From: Alkalilimnicola ehrlichii MLHE-1
GTDB lineage: Bacteria > Pseudomonadota > Gammaproteobacteria > Nitrococcales > Halorhodospiraceae
Assembly: GCF_000014785.1 (NCBI RefSeq)
Contig: NC_008340.1
Span: 3,060,001-3,092,000 of the forward strand
Reading direction: 5' to 3'
Length of the DNA: 32,000 nt
A program made the position numbers and the translations under genes. Below, in pieces: positions 15,538 to 22,947 of the stretch. Numbering within the stretch: position 1 is the first letter of the stretch; each line of letters begins with the position of its first letter. Below the pieces are notes generated by a model, which saw only the letters and a program-made list of their open reading frames with translations, did not search any database and was not told the origin of the DNA.

Positions 15538-17249
15538 GAGTAGTCTTCGCTCCAGGGTTCAATAATCAGTCGGCTGTGATGTTCGCTCACGATCTCGCGC
15601 AGCCAGCGGGCCTCCTGCGCCTGGCGGGCGCGCAGCACCGGGTCGGTCACCGCCAGCGGGGTCAGCGACTGGTTGACAATCCAGGCCGCCGGCTCGATCT
15701 CCGCCCGGCGCAGGTCCGCCTGCAGAGCTGCCGCCTCGTGCACGGGCGTGGCCTCCGGCAGGGTGCAGATCAACATGTGGGTGTAGTGGGGGTCACGCAG
15801 CCGGGGCAGCAACTGCTCCACCTCCGGCGCCACCTCCTGGCTCTGCCGGCCCAGCTCGCGGTGATAGGCCTGGGCGGCATCCAGCAGCAGGATGGTGTGG
15901 CCGGTGGGGGCGGTGTCCAGCACCACGATCTCGTCCTCGGCCCGGGCCACGGTACGGGCGAAGGCCTGGAAGACGGCGATCTCCTCGGTACAGGGCGAAC
16001 GCAGGTCCTCCTCCAGCAGCTTGCGCCCCTCCTCGTCCATGTCGGCGCCGGCGGTGGCCATGACGTGCTCGCGGTAGCGCTCGGTCTCGGCCTTGGGGTC
16101 CACCCGGCCGACCGTCAGCCCGGTGGGCAGCTCGCCGCCCACGGCAGCGGCCACGTGGGCCGCCGGGTCGGTGGTGGTCAGGTGAACACTGTGCCCGCGG
16201 GAGGCGAGCGCCACGGCGATCCGGGCCGCCAGGGTAGTCTTGCCCACCCCGCCCTTGCCCAGGGTCATGACCGCACCGCGGCCGTCGCGCTCCAGGCTGT
16301 CAATGAGTTGCTCGAAGGACTCGCCCTCGGGTGCGTCCTCCGCCGGCTGTTCGGGAATGTCGGGGGCCTGCTCGCCCAGCAGGATGCGCAGGCCGTCCAG
16401 GCCCATGGGCGCGTGCGCCCGCAGTGGCCGCTCGCTGCGCGGCAGCTCCGCCAGCCCGGCGGGCATGGCCTCGAGGGCGCGCTGGCCCCGCGCCTCCAGG
16501 GCCCGGGCCACCGGGTCGTCGGCGTCGGTGGCGCGAAAGACGCCGTTGACCACCAGATGCTGGTTTTTCACACCGAGGTCGCGCAGTTCTTCGCTGGTGC
16601 GGGCGGCCTCGTCCAGCGCGGCCCCCTCCGGCCGGCTGACCAGCACCAGGGTGGTGCGGTCGGCCTCCGCCAGCGCCTCCACCGCGCCGGCATAGACGTC
16701 CTTCTGGGCGGACAGCCCTTCCAGCGGGCCCAGGCAGGAGGTGCCGGAGGTGTTGGTCTCGATGTACCCGCTCCAAGCGCTGGGCAGGGAGAGCAGCCGC
16801 AGGGTGTGACCGGTGGGGGCGGTGTCGAACACCAGGTGGTCGTAGCCCTCGGCGGCGCGGGGGTCGCCCAGCAGGCCGGCGAAGGCGTCGAAGGCGGCGA
16901 TCTCGACGGTGCAGGCACCAGAAAGCTGCTCTTCCATGCTCCGCACGATGGCGTCCGGGAGCTGACCACGGTAAGGACCGACGACGCGCTCGCGGTACTC
17001 CTCGGCAGCCTTTTCCGGATCGATGTTGAGTGCATGGAGGTTGTCCACGCCATTGACCGGGCGCGGAGTACCGGTCAGGTCGGTCTCCAGCACCTCGTCG
17101 ATGTTGGAGGCCGGGTCGGTGGAGACCAGCAGGACACGCTTGCCCCGCTCCGCTAGGGCCAGCGCCGTGGCGCAGGCGAGGGAGGTCTTACCGACACCGC
17201 CCTTTCCGGTGAAAAAGAGATTGCGCGTGGCGTTTTCCAGAAATTGCAT
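15534..17249 (-). CDS. arsA: Arsenite-stimulated efflux ATPase ArsA (two-domain)
   Basis: 571 aa. The deviant Walker A is duplicated: GKGGVGKTS at the N-terminus and GKGGVGKTT in the second half. The signal-transduction motif DTAPTGHT occurs twice. Three metalloid-site cysteines are in the expected contexts (SGACTVEIAAFDAF, SGTSCLGPLEG, RSPCTEEIAVFQAF). Confidence 0.96.
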   Translation of the reverse strand: MQFLENATRNLFFTGKGGVGKTSLACATALALAERGKRVLLVSTDPASNIDEVLETDLTGTPRPVNGVDNLHALNIDPEKAAEEYRERVVGPYRGQLPDAIVRSMEEQLSGACTVEIAAFDAFAGLLGDPRAAEGYDHLVFDTAPTGHTLRLLSLPSAWSGYIETNTSGTSCLGPLEGLSAQKDVYAGAVEALAEADRTTLVLVSRPEGAALDEAARTSEELRDLGVKNQHLVVNGVFRATDADDPVARALEARGQRALEAMPAGLAELPRSERPLRAHAPMGLDGLRILLGEQAPDIPEQPAEDAPEGESFEQLIDSLERDGRGAVMTLGKGGVGKTTLAARIAVALASRGHSVHLTTTDPAAHVAAAVGGELPTGLTVGRVDPKAETERYREHVMATAGADMDEEGRKLLEEDLRSPCTEEIAVFQAFARTVARAEDEIVVLDTAPTGHTILLLDAAQAYHRELGRQSQEVAPEVEQLLPRLRDPHYTHMLICTLPEATPVHEAAALQADLRRAEIEPAAWIVNQSLTPLAVTDPVLRARQAQEARWLREIVSEHHSRLIIEPWSEDYS

Positions 17250-17357
17250 GGCCTGCCTTTGACGTTGATGGTTGATGGCGGATGGTTGAACCGATGGGCC
17301 CAGAGGTGCCTTTAGCGGTCGAATGCACGCCGGCTTCCATCAGGGGCTGTCATGCTG

Positions 17358-17735
17358 TCAACAGCAGCCGGAGCCCGGTGACTGATCGTTGCCACCACAG
17401 CCGCCAGCGGACTCGGTGTCAGCCGATTCGGCCTTGATGCCAACCCAGGCGGCCAGCGCCTGGCGATCCGGGTAGCTGCCCTGGCTCATCACCTCGCCGT
17501 CCACCAGGAAGACCGGCAGGGCGTCCTCGCCCCGGCGCTGGAGGATGTCCTTAACGGTCGCGTTCTCGACGAAGGCGCCGGGTTGTTGCGAGAGGTTGTA
17601 GCGGATGACGGACACCCCCTGTTTTTTCACCCAGTCCAGGTCGGCGGCCAGCTTCGAGAGCTTGGGATCGACACTCGGGCCACAGACACCCGTGGAACAG
17701 CACTGCGGCGGGTCGAAAACAGTCAGTTCGGTCAT
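17358..17735 (-). CDS. arsD: Arsenic metallochaperone / weak trans-acting repressor ArsD
   Basis: 125 aa. MTELTVFDPPQCCSTGVCGPSVD carries the Cys12-Cys13-Cys18 As(III) site. The C-terminus carries further Cys (GGCGG...GSGCC). AGAGGTG precedes the ATG. Confidence 0.93.
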   Translation of the reverse strand: MTELTVFDPPQCCSTGVCGPSVDPKLSKLAADLDWVKKQGVSVIRYNLSQQPGAFVENATVKDILQRRGEDALPVFLVDGEVMSQGSYPDRQALAAWVGIKAESADTESAGGCGGNDQSPGSGCC

Positions 17736-17809
17736 GTCAAAACACCTCTGCTACGAATGGATAAAACGCGAACCGCGACGCGCGCCTGACGACGCCCGCT
17801 CCGGGCGGT

Positions 17810-18232
17810 TCACTTCAGCGCGGCCACCAGATCAGCAACACGGCGCTTGATGTCATCCCGCACCGTCCGGAACTCCGCCATGATCTCATCCTCGGTGCCC
17901 CGGGCCTTCGCCGGATCGGGCAATGGCCAGTGGTGCTTCTCGATACCCACGGGCACCACCGGGCAGTGCTCGTCGGCATGCCCGCAGACGGTCACCAGCA
18001 CGTCGGCCCGGGCCAGCATCTCGTCGGTCAGGCGCGTGGAGGCCTGCTCGGCGATATCCACGCCGTCTTCGGCCATGACCGCGATGGCGCGCGGATTCTT
18101 GCCGTGGGCCTCGATGCCGGCGGACAGCACCTCCAGGTCGTCGTCTGCCATCGCGCGGGCATAGCCCTCGGCCATTTGCGAACGACAGGAGTTGCCGGTA
18201 CAGAGAAACAGCAGGGTCTTACGCTCGGGCAT
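17810..18232 (-). CDS. arsC: Arsenate reductase, LMW-PTPase fold, thioredoxin-coupled type
   Basis: 140 aa. LFLCTGNSCRSQMAEGY is the CX5R P-loop. VCGHADEHCP supplies the Cys82/Cys89-equivalent pair of the pI258-type ArsC. GAGG precedes the ATG. Confidence 0.92.
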   Translation of the reverse strand: MPERKTLLFLCTGNSCRSQMAEGYARAMADDDLEVLSAGIEAHGKNPRAIAVMAEDGVDIAEQASTRLTDEMLARADVLVTVCGHADEHCPVVPVGIEKHHWPLPDPAKARGTEDEIMAEFRTVRDDIKRRVADLVAALK

Positions 18233-18250
18233 GGTTGACCTCGAAGTTTG

Positions 18251-18595
18251 TCATGAAAGCGATGGCCGGTTGGGCATCCCGCCGAGACGCTGTTGCGCCG
18301 CCTTCCAAGGCACGCCGGTGCCCTCGCCGACGGCCTCGATAACCCGACGCACCCAGTCCGGCAGGCCATCCGCCAACCGATAATGGACCCACTGTCCCCG
18401 CCGCTCATCGGTCACCAGCCCGGCATCGCGCAATTGCGCCAGATGGCGCGAGATCTTGGGCTGGGAGACCTCCAGCGCATGGGTCAGCTCACAGACGCAC
18501 AACCGGCCCTCCGCGCGCAGTAGCAGCACGCTGCGCAGCCGGGTGGAATCCGACAGGAGGCGGAACAGTTTTTCAGGGGCTATGCTCATGGGCAT
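18251..18595 (-). CDS. arsR: ArsR/SmtB-family As(III)-responsive repressor
   Basis: Only the C-terminal ~112-114 aa of the 307-aa track ORF is ArsR-like: (MP)MSIAPEKLFRLLSDSTRLRSVLLLRAEGRLCVCELTHALEVSQPKISRHLAQLRDAGLV. It includes the CVC metalloid-binding motif and the wHTH. The start is ambiguous, with in-frame ATGs at 18589, 18595, 18607 and 18613. The remainder of the track ORF is antisense to the flavin reductase gene. Confidence 0.88.
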   Translation of the reverse strand: MPMSIAPEKLFRLLSDSTRLRSVLLLRAEGRLCVCELTHALEVSQPKISRHLAQLRDAGLVTDERRGQWVHYRLADGLPDWVRRVIEAVGEGTGVPWKAAQQRLGGMPNRPSLS

Positions 18596-18609
18596 GAATA
18601 TACGCATCT

Positions 18610-18621
18610 CCATATATCTGG
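18610..18621. promoter_or_regulatory. Candidate ArsR operator (imperfect palindrome) in the arsR / flavin-reductase divergent region
   Basis: CCATATATCTGG matches its own reverse complement at 10 of 12 positions. It is an AT-rich core in a GC-rich region immediately upstream of the arsR start codons. ArsR operators are AT-rich dyads overlapping the promoter. The assignment rests on position and symmetry only. Confidence 0.3.
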
Positions 18622-18718
18622 TCAAGCGGATGGCACCCCCTTCATGGGGCGCTTCACCATCCAGGCCACGATGCCAAAATACCCTGGTGAGCTTGACCCT
18701 GCCAGTAACGGAGCCCCT

Positions 18719-19390
18719 ATGAAAACACTGATCTTTGTCGGCACGTCCCGTCAGAGCACCCCACCCAGGCCGCCCCGGCTGGGTCTGCGGGTCGCCAGGG
18801 CCTGCCTGGCCTACTTCAATGAATGGCTTCCGGACCATCAGGTAGAGCTGGTCGACCCGCTGGACCTGACATTCGGTGCCGTGTTCAAGCCGCACTTCGC
18901 CTATGCGAGCCAGCAGGCCCCGGATCAGCTCCGCGCCCTCGCGGAACAGATCGAGGCGGCCGACAGCTATGTCATGGTCAGTCCGGAATACAATCACTCC
19001 ATGAGCCCGGTACTCGCCCACCTGCTGAACCATTTCGGGAGTTCGCTCTTCTCCTACAAACCCAGCGCGATCGTCACCTACTCCGCCGGACAATGGGGCG
19101 GGGCCCGGGCCGCGGTGGCGATGCGGACATTTCTCTCCGAGTTGGGCTGTCTCCCGGTCTCCGCAATGATCCACATCCCCAAGGCGCAGACGGTGCTGGC
19201 CGAGGACGGCTCATTTCTAGAAGGGGCCGACGACGAGGAATGGACGGGCTACATGGGCAGAACGCTGCAACAACTGAACTGGTGGGCGGCCGCCGCGCGG
19301 GCGCACCGGCAGCAGGCTGACCCGTTCGACCGGGCTCAAGCGTTCCAGCGCGACCCATCGCAACGGAACGCGCCGAAACCGCCGGAGTGA
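18719..19390 (+). CDS. NAD(P)H-dependent FMN reductase family protein (flavodoxin-like fold; not canonical ArsH)
   Basis: Start is taken at ATG 18719 (GGAG 5 nt upstream), giving 223 aa. MKTLIFVGTSR...ADSYVMVSPEYNHSMSPVLAHLLNH... matches the FMN_red family signature. It is divergently transcribed from arsR. Confidence 0.85.
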   Translation: MKTLIFVGTSRQSTPPRPPRLGLRVARACLAYFNEWLPDHQVELVDPLDLTFGAVFKPHFAYASQQAPDQLRALAEQIEAADSYVMVSPEYNHSMSPVLAHLLNHFGSSLFSYKPSAIVTYSAGQWGGARAAVAMRTFLSELGCLPVSAMIHIPKAQTVLAEDGSFLEGADDEEWTGYMGRTLQQLNWWAAAARAHRQQADPFDRAQAFQRDPSQRNAPKPPE

Positions 19391-19497
19391 CGCGGGGATT
19401 GACGGTCAGACCTGCCTGGATGCGGGTCTGGGCCCTCCCCGTGCAGTGCAGAACGCAGTCGCTTGAAAGGACAGGGAGGCCTGCCAACGGAGTGAAA

Positions 19498-20466
19498 ATG
19501 AGCCACGCGATCAAGGTAGAAGGGTTGGTGCGAGACTTTGGCGGCACCCGCGCACTGGATGGTGTGAGCCTGAGCGTGCCGACCGGCCAGGTGCTGGGCC
19601 TGCTGGGACCGAACGGCGCCGGCAAGACCACCATTGTCCGGACCCTGGCCACGCTGTTGGCCCCCACGGCGGGACAGGCGTGGGTCGGCGGCTTCGACGT
19701 CGTCCGCGAGCCCGCCCGGGTGCGCGAGATCATCGGGCTGACCGGCCAGTATGCGTCGGTGGACGAGAAGCTGACCGGTCGCGAGAACCTGATCCTGGTC
19801 GGCCGCCTGCTGGGACTGAAACGCGCGGAGGCGAAGGCGCGTGCGGATGCGCTGCTCGCGGATTTCTCCCTGGAAGAGGCCGCCCGGCGACCCGCCCAGA
19901 CCTATTCGGGCGGCATGCGCCGACGCCTGGACCTGGCCGCCAGCCTGGTCGGACGTCCCCGCATCCTGTTCCTGGACGAGCCCTCCACGGGGCTGGACCC
20001 GCGGGCACGGCGCGACCTGTGGCAGCGCATCCGCCAGCTACAGGCCGGCGGGACCACCGTGCTGCTGACCACCCAGTATCTCGAGGAGGCGGATGCCCTC
20101 GCCGACCTCATCGTGGTGCTGGACCAGGGCCGGGTGATCGCCGAAGGCACCTCCGCCCAGCTCAAGTCGCGGGTCGGTGCGCGCACCCTCTACGTGACCG
20201 TTTCCGACCCGGCCCTGGCCCCACGCACCGCGGAACGGGTGACCGCGGTCACGGGCGCGCAGGCGCAGGTGGACGGCGAACAGATCAGTGCACCGGTGCA
20301 GGACCCGGGGCTGCTGCCGGCGGTGTTGCGGGCCCTGGACCAGGCGGGCATCGAGGTCGCCGAGCTGGGCCTGCGCGGGGCGAGCCTGGACGACGTCTTC
20401 CTCGCCCTGACCGGCCACAGCGGCCAATCCGGGCCCAATGAAAATGCAGCGGAGGACGCTCCATGA
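19498..20466 (+). CDS. ABC transporter ATP-binding protein, DrrA/ABC-2 exporter type
   Basis: Start at ATG 19498 (ACGGAG upstream), giving 322 aa. Walker A is GPNGAGKTT, the signature is YSGGMRRRLDLA, and Walker B is ILFLDEPSTGLD. The C-terminal ~100 aa extension is typical of DrrA-like proteins. Confidence 0.9.
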   Translation: MSHAIKVEGLVRDFGGTRALDGVSLSVPTGQVLGLLGPNGAGKTTIVRTLATLLAPTAGQAWVGGFDVVREPARVREIIGLTGQYASVDEKLTGRENLILVGRLLGLKRAEAKARADALLADFSLEEAARRPAQTYSGGMRRRLDLAASLVGRPRILFLDEPSTGLDPRARRDLWQRIRQLQAGGTTVLLTTQYLEEADALADLIVVLDQGRVIAEGTSAQLKSRVGARTLYVTVSDPALAPRTAERVTAVTGAQAQVDGEQISAPVQDPGLLPAVLRALDQAGIEVAELGLRGASLDDVFLALTGHSGQSGPNENAAEDAP

Positions 20467-21227
20467 GCGGTCTGCAGCAGACACTCACGCTGGCCTGGCG
20501 CAGCCTGGTGCAGGTGCGGCGCAACCCCTGGGAGCTGGGTGACTACAGCATCCAGCCGATCCTCTTCCTGGTGCTGTTTCTGTACGTCTTCGGCGGGGCG
20601 ATCGCCGGCTCGCCGGACGACTACCTGGCATTCGTGCTGCCGGGGGTAATCGTGATGAACATGCTGTTCGTCACGGTCTATGTGGGCCATGGACTGAACA
20701 CCGACCTGACCAAGGGCGTGTTTGACCGCTTCCGCGCCCTGCCGATCCCGCGTTGGGCGCCGCTGGCCGGCCGCATCCTCGCGGACGTGGTCAAGCAGGC
20801 GCTTTGCATCGCGCTGCTGCTGGTCGTGGGCTACCTGCTCGGATTCCGTCTGGCCACCTCCGTGGTGCACCTGCTGGGCATGATCCTGCTGGTGCTGGTC
20901 TTCGCCGTCGCCTTCTCCTGGGTGATGGTGCTGGTGGGCGTGATGGCGCGGGACCCAGAGCACGTGCAGTTGTTCGGCTTCACGGCGCTGTTCCCGGTGA
21001 CCTTCGTCAGCTCCGCCTTCGTACCGGTGGAGACCATGCCCGAGTGGCTGCAGGGCTTCGTGTACGCCAACCCCGTATCCCTGCTCGCAGACGCCGCACG
21101 CGCATTGATGAACGGCGGTCCGGCCGCCGCCCCGGCGTCGTGGTCCCTGCTCTGGGCCCTGGGCATCGCGCTGGTGTTCGCGCCGCTATCCGTCTACGCC
21201 CTCAACCGTCGCCTGGCGCGTGGCTGA
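20463..21227 (+). CDS. ABC-2 type transporter permease (DrrB-like)
   Basis: 254 aa with six predicted TM helices. The ATG overlaps the stop of the ATPase gene (ATGA at 20463-20466), the standard coupling for DrrAB-like pairs. Confidence 0.86.
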   Translation: MSGLQQTLTLAWRSLVQVRRNPWELGDYSIQPILFLVLFLYVFGGAIAGSPDDYLAFVLPGVIVMNMLFVTVYVGHGLNTDLTKGVFDRFRALPIPRWAPLAGRILADVVKQALCIALLLVVGYLLGFRLATSVVHLLGMILLVLVFAVAFSWVMVLVGVMARDPEHVQLFGFTALFPVTFVSSAFVPVETMPEWLQGFVYANPVSLLADAARALMNGGPAAAPASWSLLWALGIALVFAPLSVYALNRRLARG

Positions 21228-21327
21228 CAGCGGCGCCGATGAACGCCGGGGCAAGAGGCAACTCGGGTCGAATGGGCACCAAGGCCCCCTCCCGCAGCGC
21301 GGTGATCCGGGGGTCGCCCGCCGGCCG

Positions 21328-21702
21328 CTATACGACGATCCAGCCGATCAGTAACCCGCCACCCAGCGCCATCAGGACAATCTGCGCCGACGCGAGCCCG
21401 CCGACGGTAAGCAGTCCGCCACCCAGCCGGTAGGCGGCAATACTCACGGGCCGCCCATCGCCCCCGGTCAGCGGCAGGCGTTCGACAACGGAAGCCAGCA
21501 CCCGGGTCAGAACGATGGCGCAGAGCACCGATAACGCGAAGGCGCTGATGGCCAGCACTAGCAGCAACCGCGCAACACCGCCGGGATCGGCGCTCTGCAA
21601 CACGACTACGCAGCCGGTCGCAGCGGCAAAATCCACTCCGATAAGCCACTTGCTCCAGTCCCGGAGGGAATCGATGGCGTGCTTCTGGCTGTCCTGGTCC
21701 AT
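21328..21702 (-). CDS. Hypothetical small membrane protein (about 3 TM helices)
   Basis: 124 aa. The N-terminus is polar (MDQDSQKHAIDSLRDWSKW), followed by hydrophobic spans. GC3 is lower than in core genes (many T/A-ending codons). The SD is weak (GGGGGGT). It lies about 195 nt from the 3' end of tRNA-Met. Confidence 0.5.
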   Translation of the reverse strand: MDQDSQKHAIDSLRDWSKWLIGVDFAAATGCVVVLQSADPGGVARLLLVLAISAFALSVLCAIVLTRVLASVVERLPLTGGDGRPVSIAAYRLGGGLLTVGGLASAQIVLMALGGGLLIGWIVV

Positions 21703-21897
21703 GGGCGACCCCCCGGGGCAGTAACCGGTGTGCGGGCTCCGTCAACAGGTCAGAGTATAGCTGGGAGCAACTAGGCGACGGCCCGACTGCTGAATGCTCG
21801 CCGCTGTCCTTGCGTCGCAAAGTGCTGCATGGGGACAACAAACTTGTCGCGGGGAGATAGGGGCGGCGCTGAAAGGAGGGTAACTACTTGAAAATAC

Positions 21898-21974
21898 TGG
21901 TGGCTACGGGTGGACTCGAACCACCGACCCTCGCATTATGAGTGCGATGCTCTGACCAGCTGAGCTACGTAGCC
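21898..21974 (-). tRNA. tRNA-Met (anticodon CAT), elongator type, with encoded CCA
   Basis: The reverse complement reads GGCTACG TA GCTC AGCTGGTCA GAGC A TCGCA CTCATAA TGCGA GGGTC GGTGG TTCGAGT CCACC CGTAGCC A CCA, a perfect cloverleaf. The acceptor stem and D-arm are identical to E. coli elongator tRNA-Met. The initiator hallmarks are absent (no C1:A72 mismatch, no GGG/CCC anticodon stem). A lysidine-modified tRNA-Ile2 cannot be strictly excluded from sequence alone. Confidence 0.95.
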
Positions 21975-21987
21975 ACTTGAGCGGCGA

Positions 21988-22016
21988 ATTCTCGCCCGCC
22001 GCCCTGCTGCTGTCAA
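21988..22016 (-). promoter_or_regulatory. Sigma70-type promoter of tRNA-Met
   Basis: On the minus strand: TTGACA (22016-22011), a 17-nt spacer, GAGAAT (21993-21988), then a GC-rich discriminator TCGCCGC. The mature 5' end lies about 13 nt downstream of the -10. This architecture is typical of stable-RNA promoters. Confidence 0.55.
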
Positions 22017-22084
22017 GGCCCGGCCGGATTGGCGGAACCCGCCGACACCCTTGGCGCCTACCGCCACGGCGAGCATTAATAACC

Positions 22085-22707
22085 AATAACTTTCACCATG
22101 GAACCACCCAAGGAGTACCCCAGAGCAACCATGGCACGCTGCAGGTGGCGGCAGCTTACAATGACGAAAAAAGCCAGATTCATTATATCTTCCAGACCGA
22201 CCAACCCAACTGGCATCACCAGTACTGGCGCTACGACGGCGGCGAATGGGTGCGCTATGGGTCCGGCGGTCCCATGCCCGCCCCCAGCGGCCTTTACGAA
22301 GACCGCATCTCCATACTTCTGGACGACGGATCGGTAGACGGTTTCGGCCGCTACGGCGGCTGGAAGACGGTCCACGAGGGCATGCGCACCCTGACCTCGG
22401 AGGTGGACAGCGACAGCGTTTCCTGCAGGAGCCGAGCGGCAGCCGCGGCACCATCCGCGCCGAGGGCGGTTACGTGGACGGCGATCTGGCGGACGCGGAA
22501 CTGGAATGGACGGAACTAACCGTGTTCCACCCGGGCCAGATCACCTGGCAGTTTCTGCACAGCGAGGACCACCCGGGCATGGCGGCTCTGCCGCCTCGGA
22601 GTAACGGAGTGCCTGCCCTCGCGCCCTTCCCGGCGATACCTCACCCTTCACTTTCTGCACGTTTTCTTATAGGGTATCGCGCCTTCTTGCAGCGAACGAC
22701 CTTGTAG
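22085..22707 (+). pseudogene. Decayed remnant of a gene for an ethylbenzene-dehydrogenase-gamma/DOMON-like haem-binding domain protein (N-terminally truncated and frameshifted; boundaries approximate)
   Basis: From about 22133 to 22410 one frame reads GTLQVAAAYNDEKSQIHYIFQTDQPNWHHQYWRYDGGEWVRYG...LYEDRISILLDDGSVDGFGRYGGWKTVHEGMR. This matches the core of the EB_dh-type haem domain as I recall it, with its CH..MR haem-ligand stretch reading VHEGMR here. No signal peptide or usable start precedes it, because the tRNA promoter occupies the upstream DNA. High-GC3 coding signal then jumps to another frame at the tandem hexamer GACAGC-GACAGC (22406-22417). It fades after about 22590. Confidence 0.45.
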
Positions 22708-22947
22708 AGCATGCCCATCCCCATGGAACACGTCAGTCCGCCCTAGCGGACAACTCGCTCTCTTCCGCCTCGCTGCGGCGGCATGGCCCTTACTCCTCAC
22801 CGGGTAGCGTCATGTGCCGCCACCCCAAAGATCACCATCACCGGTGCGCGGTAATGCCGCGCTTGTCCAGCGCCTGCTCAGGGGCGCGTGGCGGCGCCGT
22901 CAGCACCCATCCCGCACCGGCCCGCGATCATTCACACGGAAGCGCTC

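Noticed and set aside
18251-19174. The 307-aa ORF treated as a single large ArsR-containing protein.
   Set aside because: Only the last ~112 residues are ArsR-like. The upstream two thirds run antisense through the well-supported flavin reductase gene and the divergent promoter region, and have no family resemblance.
18719-19390. Calling the flavin reductase 'ArsH' because of its position next to arsR.
   Set aside because: It shares only the general FMN_red fold motif (SPEYNHS). It lacks the ArsH-specific N-terminal extension and the conserved blocks I remember (e.g. LLLYGSLR...SPERHG). It is therefore kept as a generic NAD(P)H-dependent FMN reductase.
21194-21841. A 215-aa minus-strand ORF overlapping the 21328-21702 membrane ORF.
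   Set aside because: It is R/P/A-rich low-complexity sequence that overlaps the end of the ABC permease gene and the more plausible membrane ORF. It has no motifs and is probably a shadow frame.
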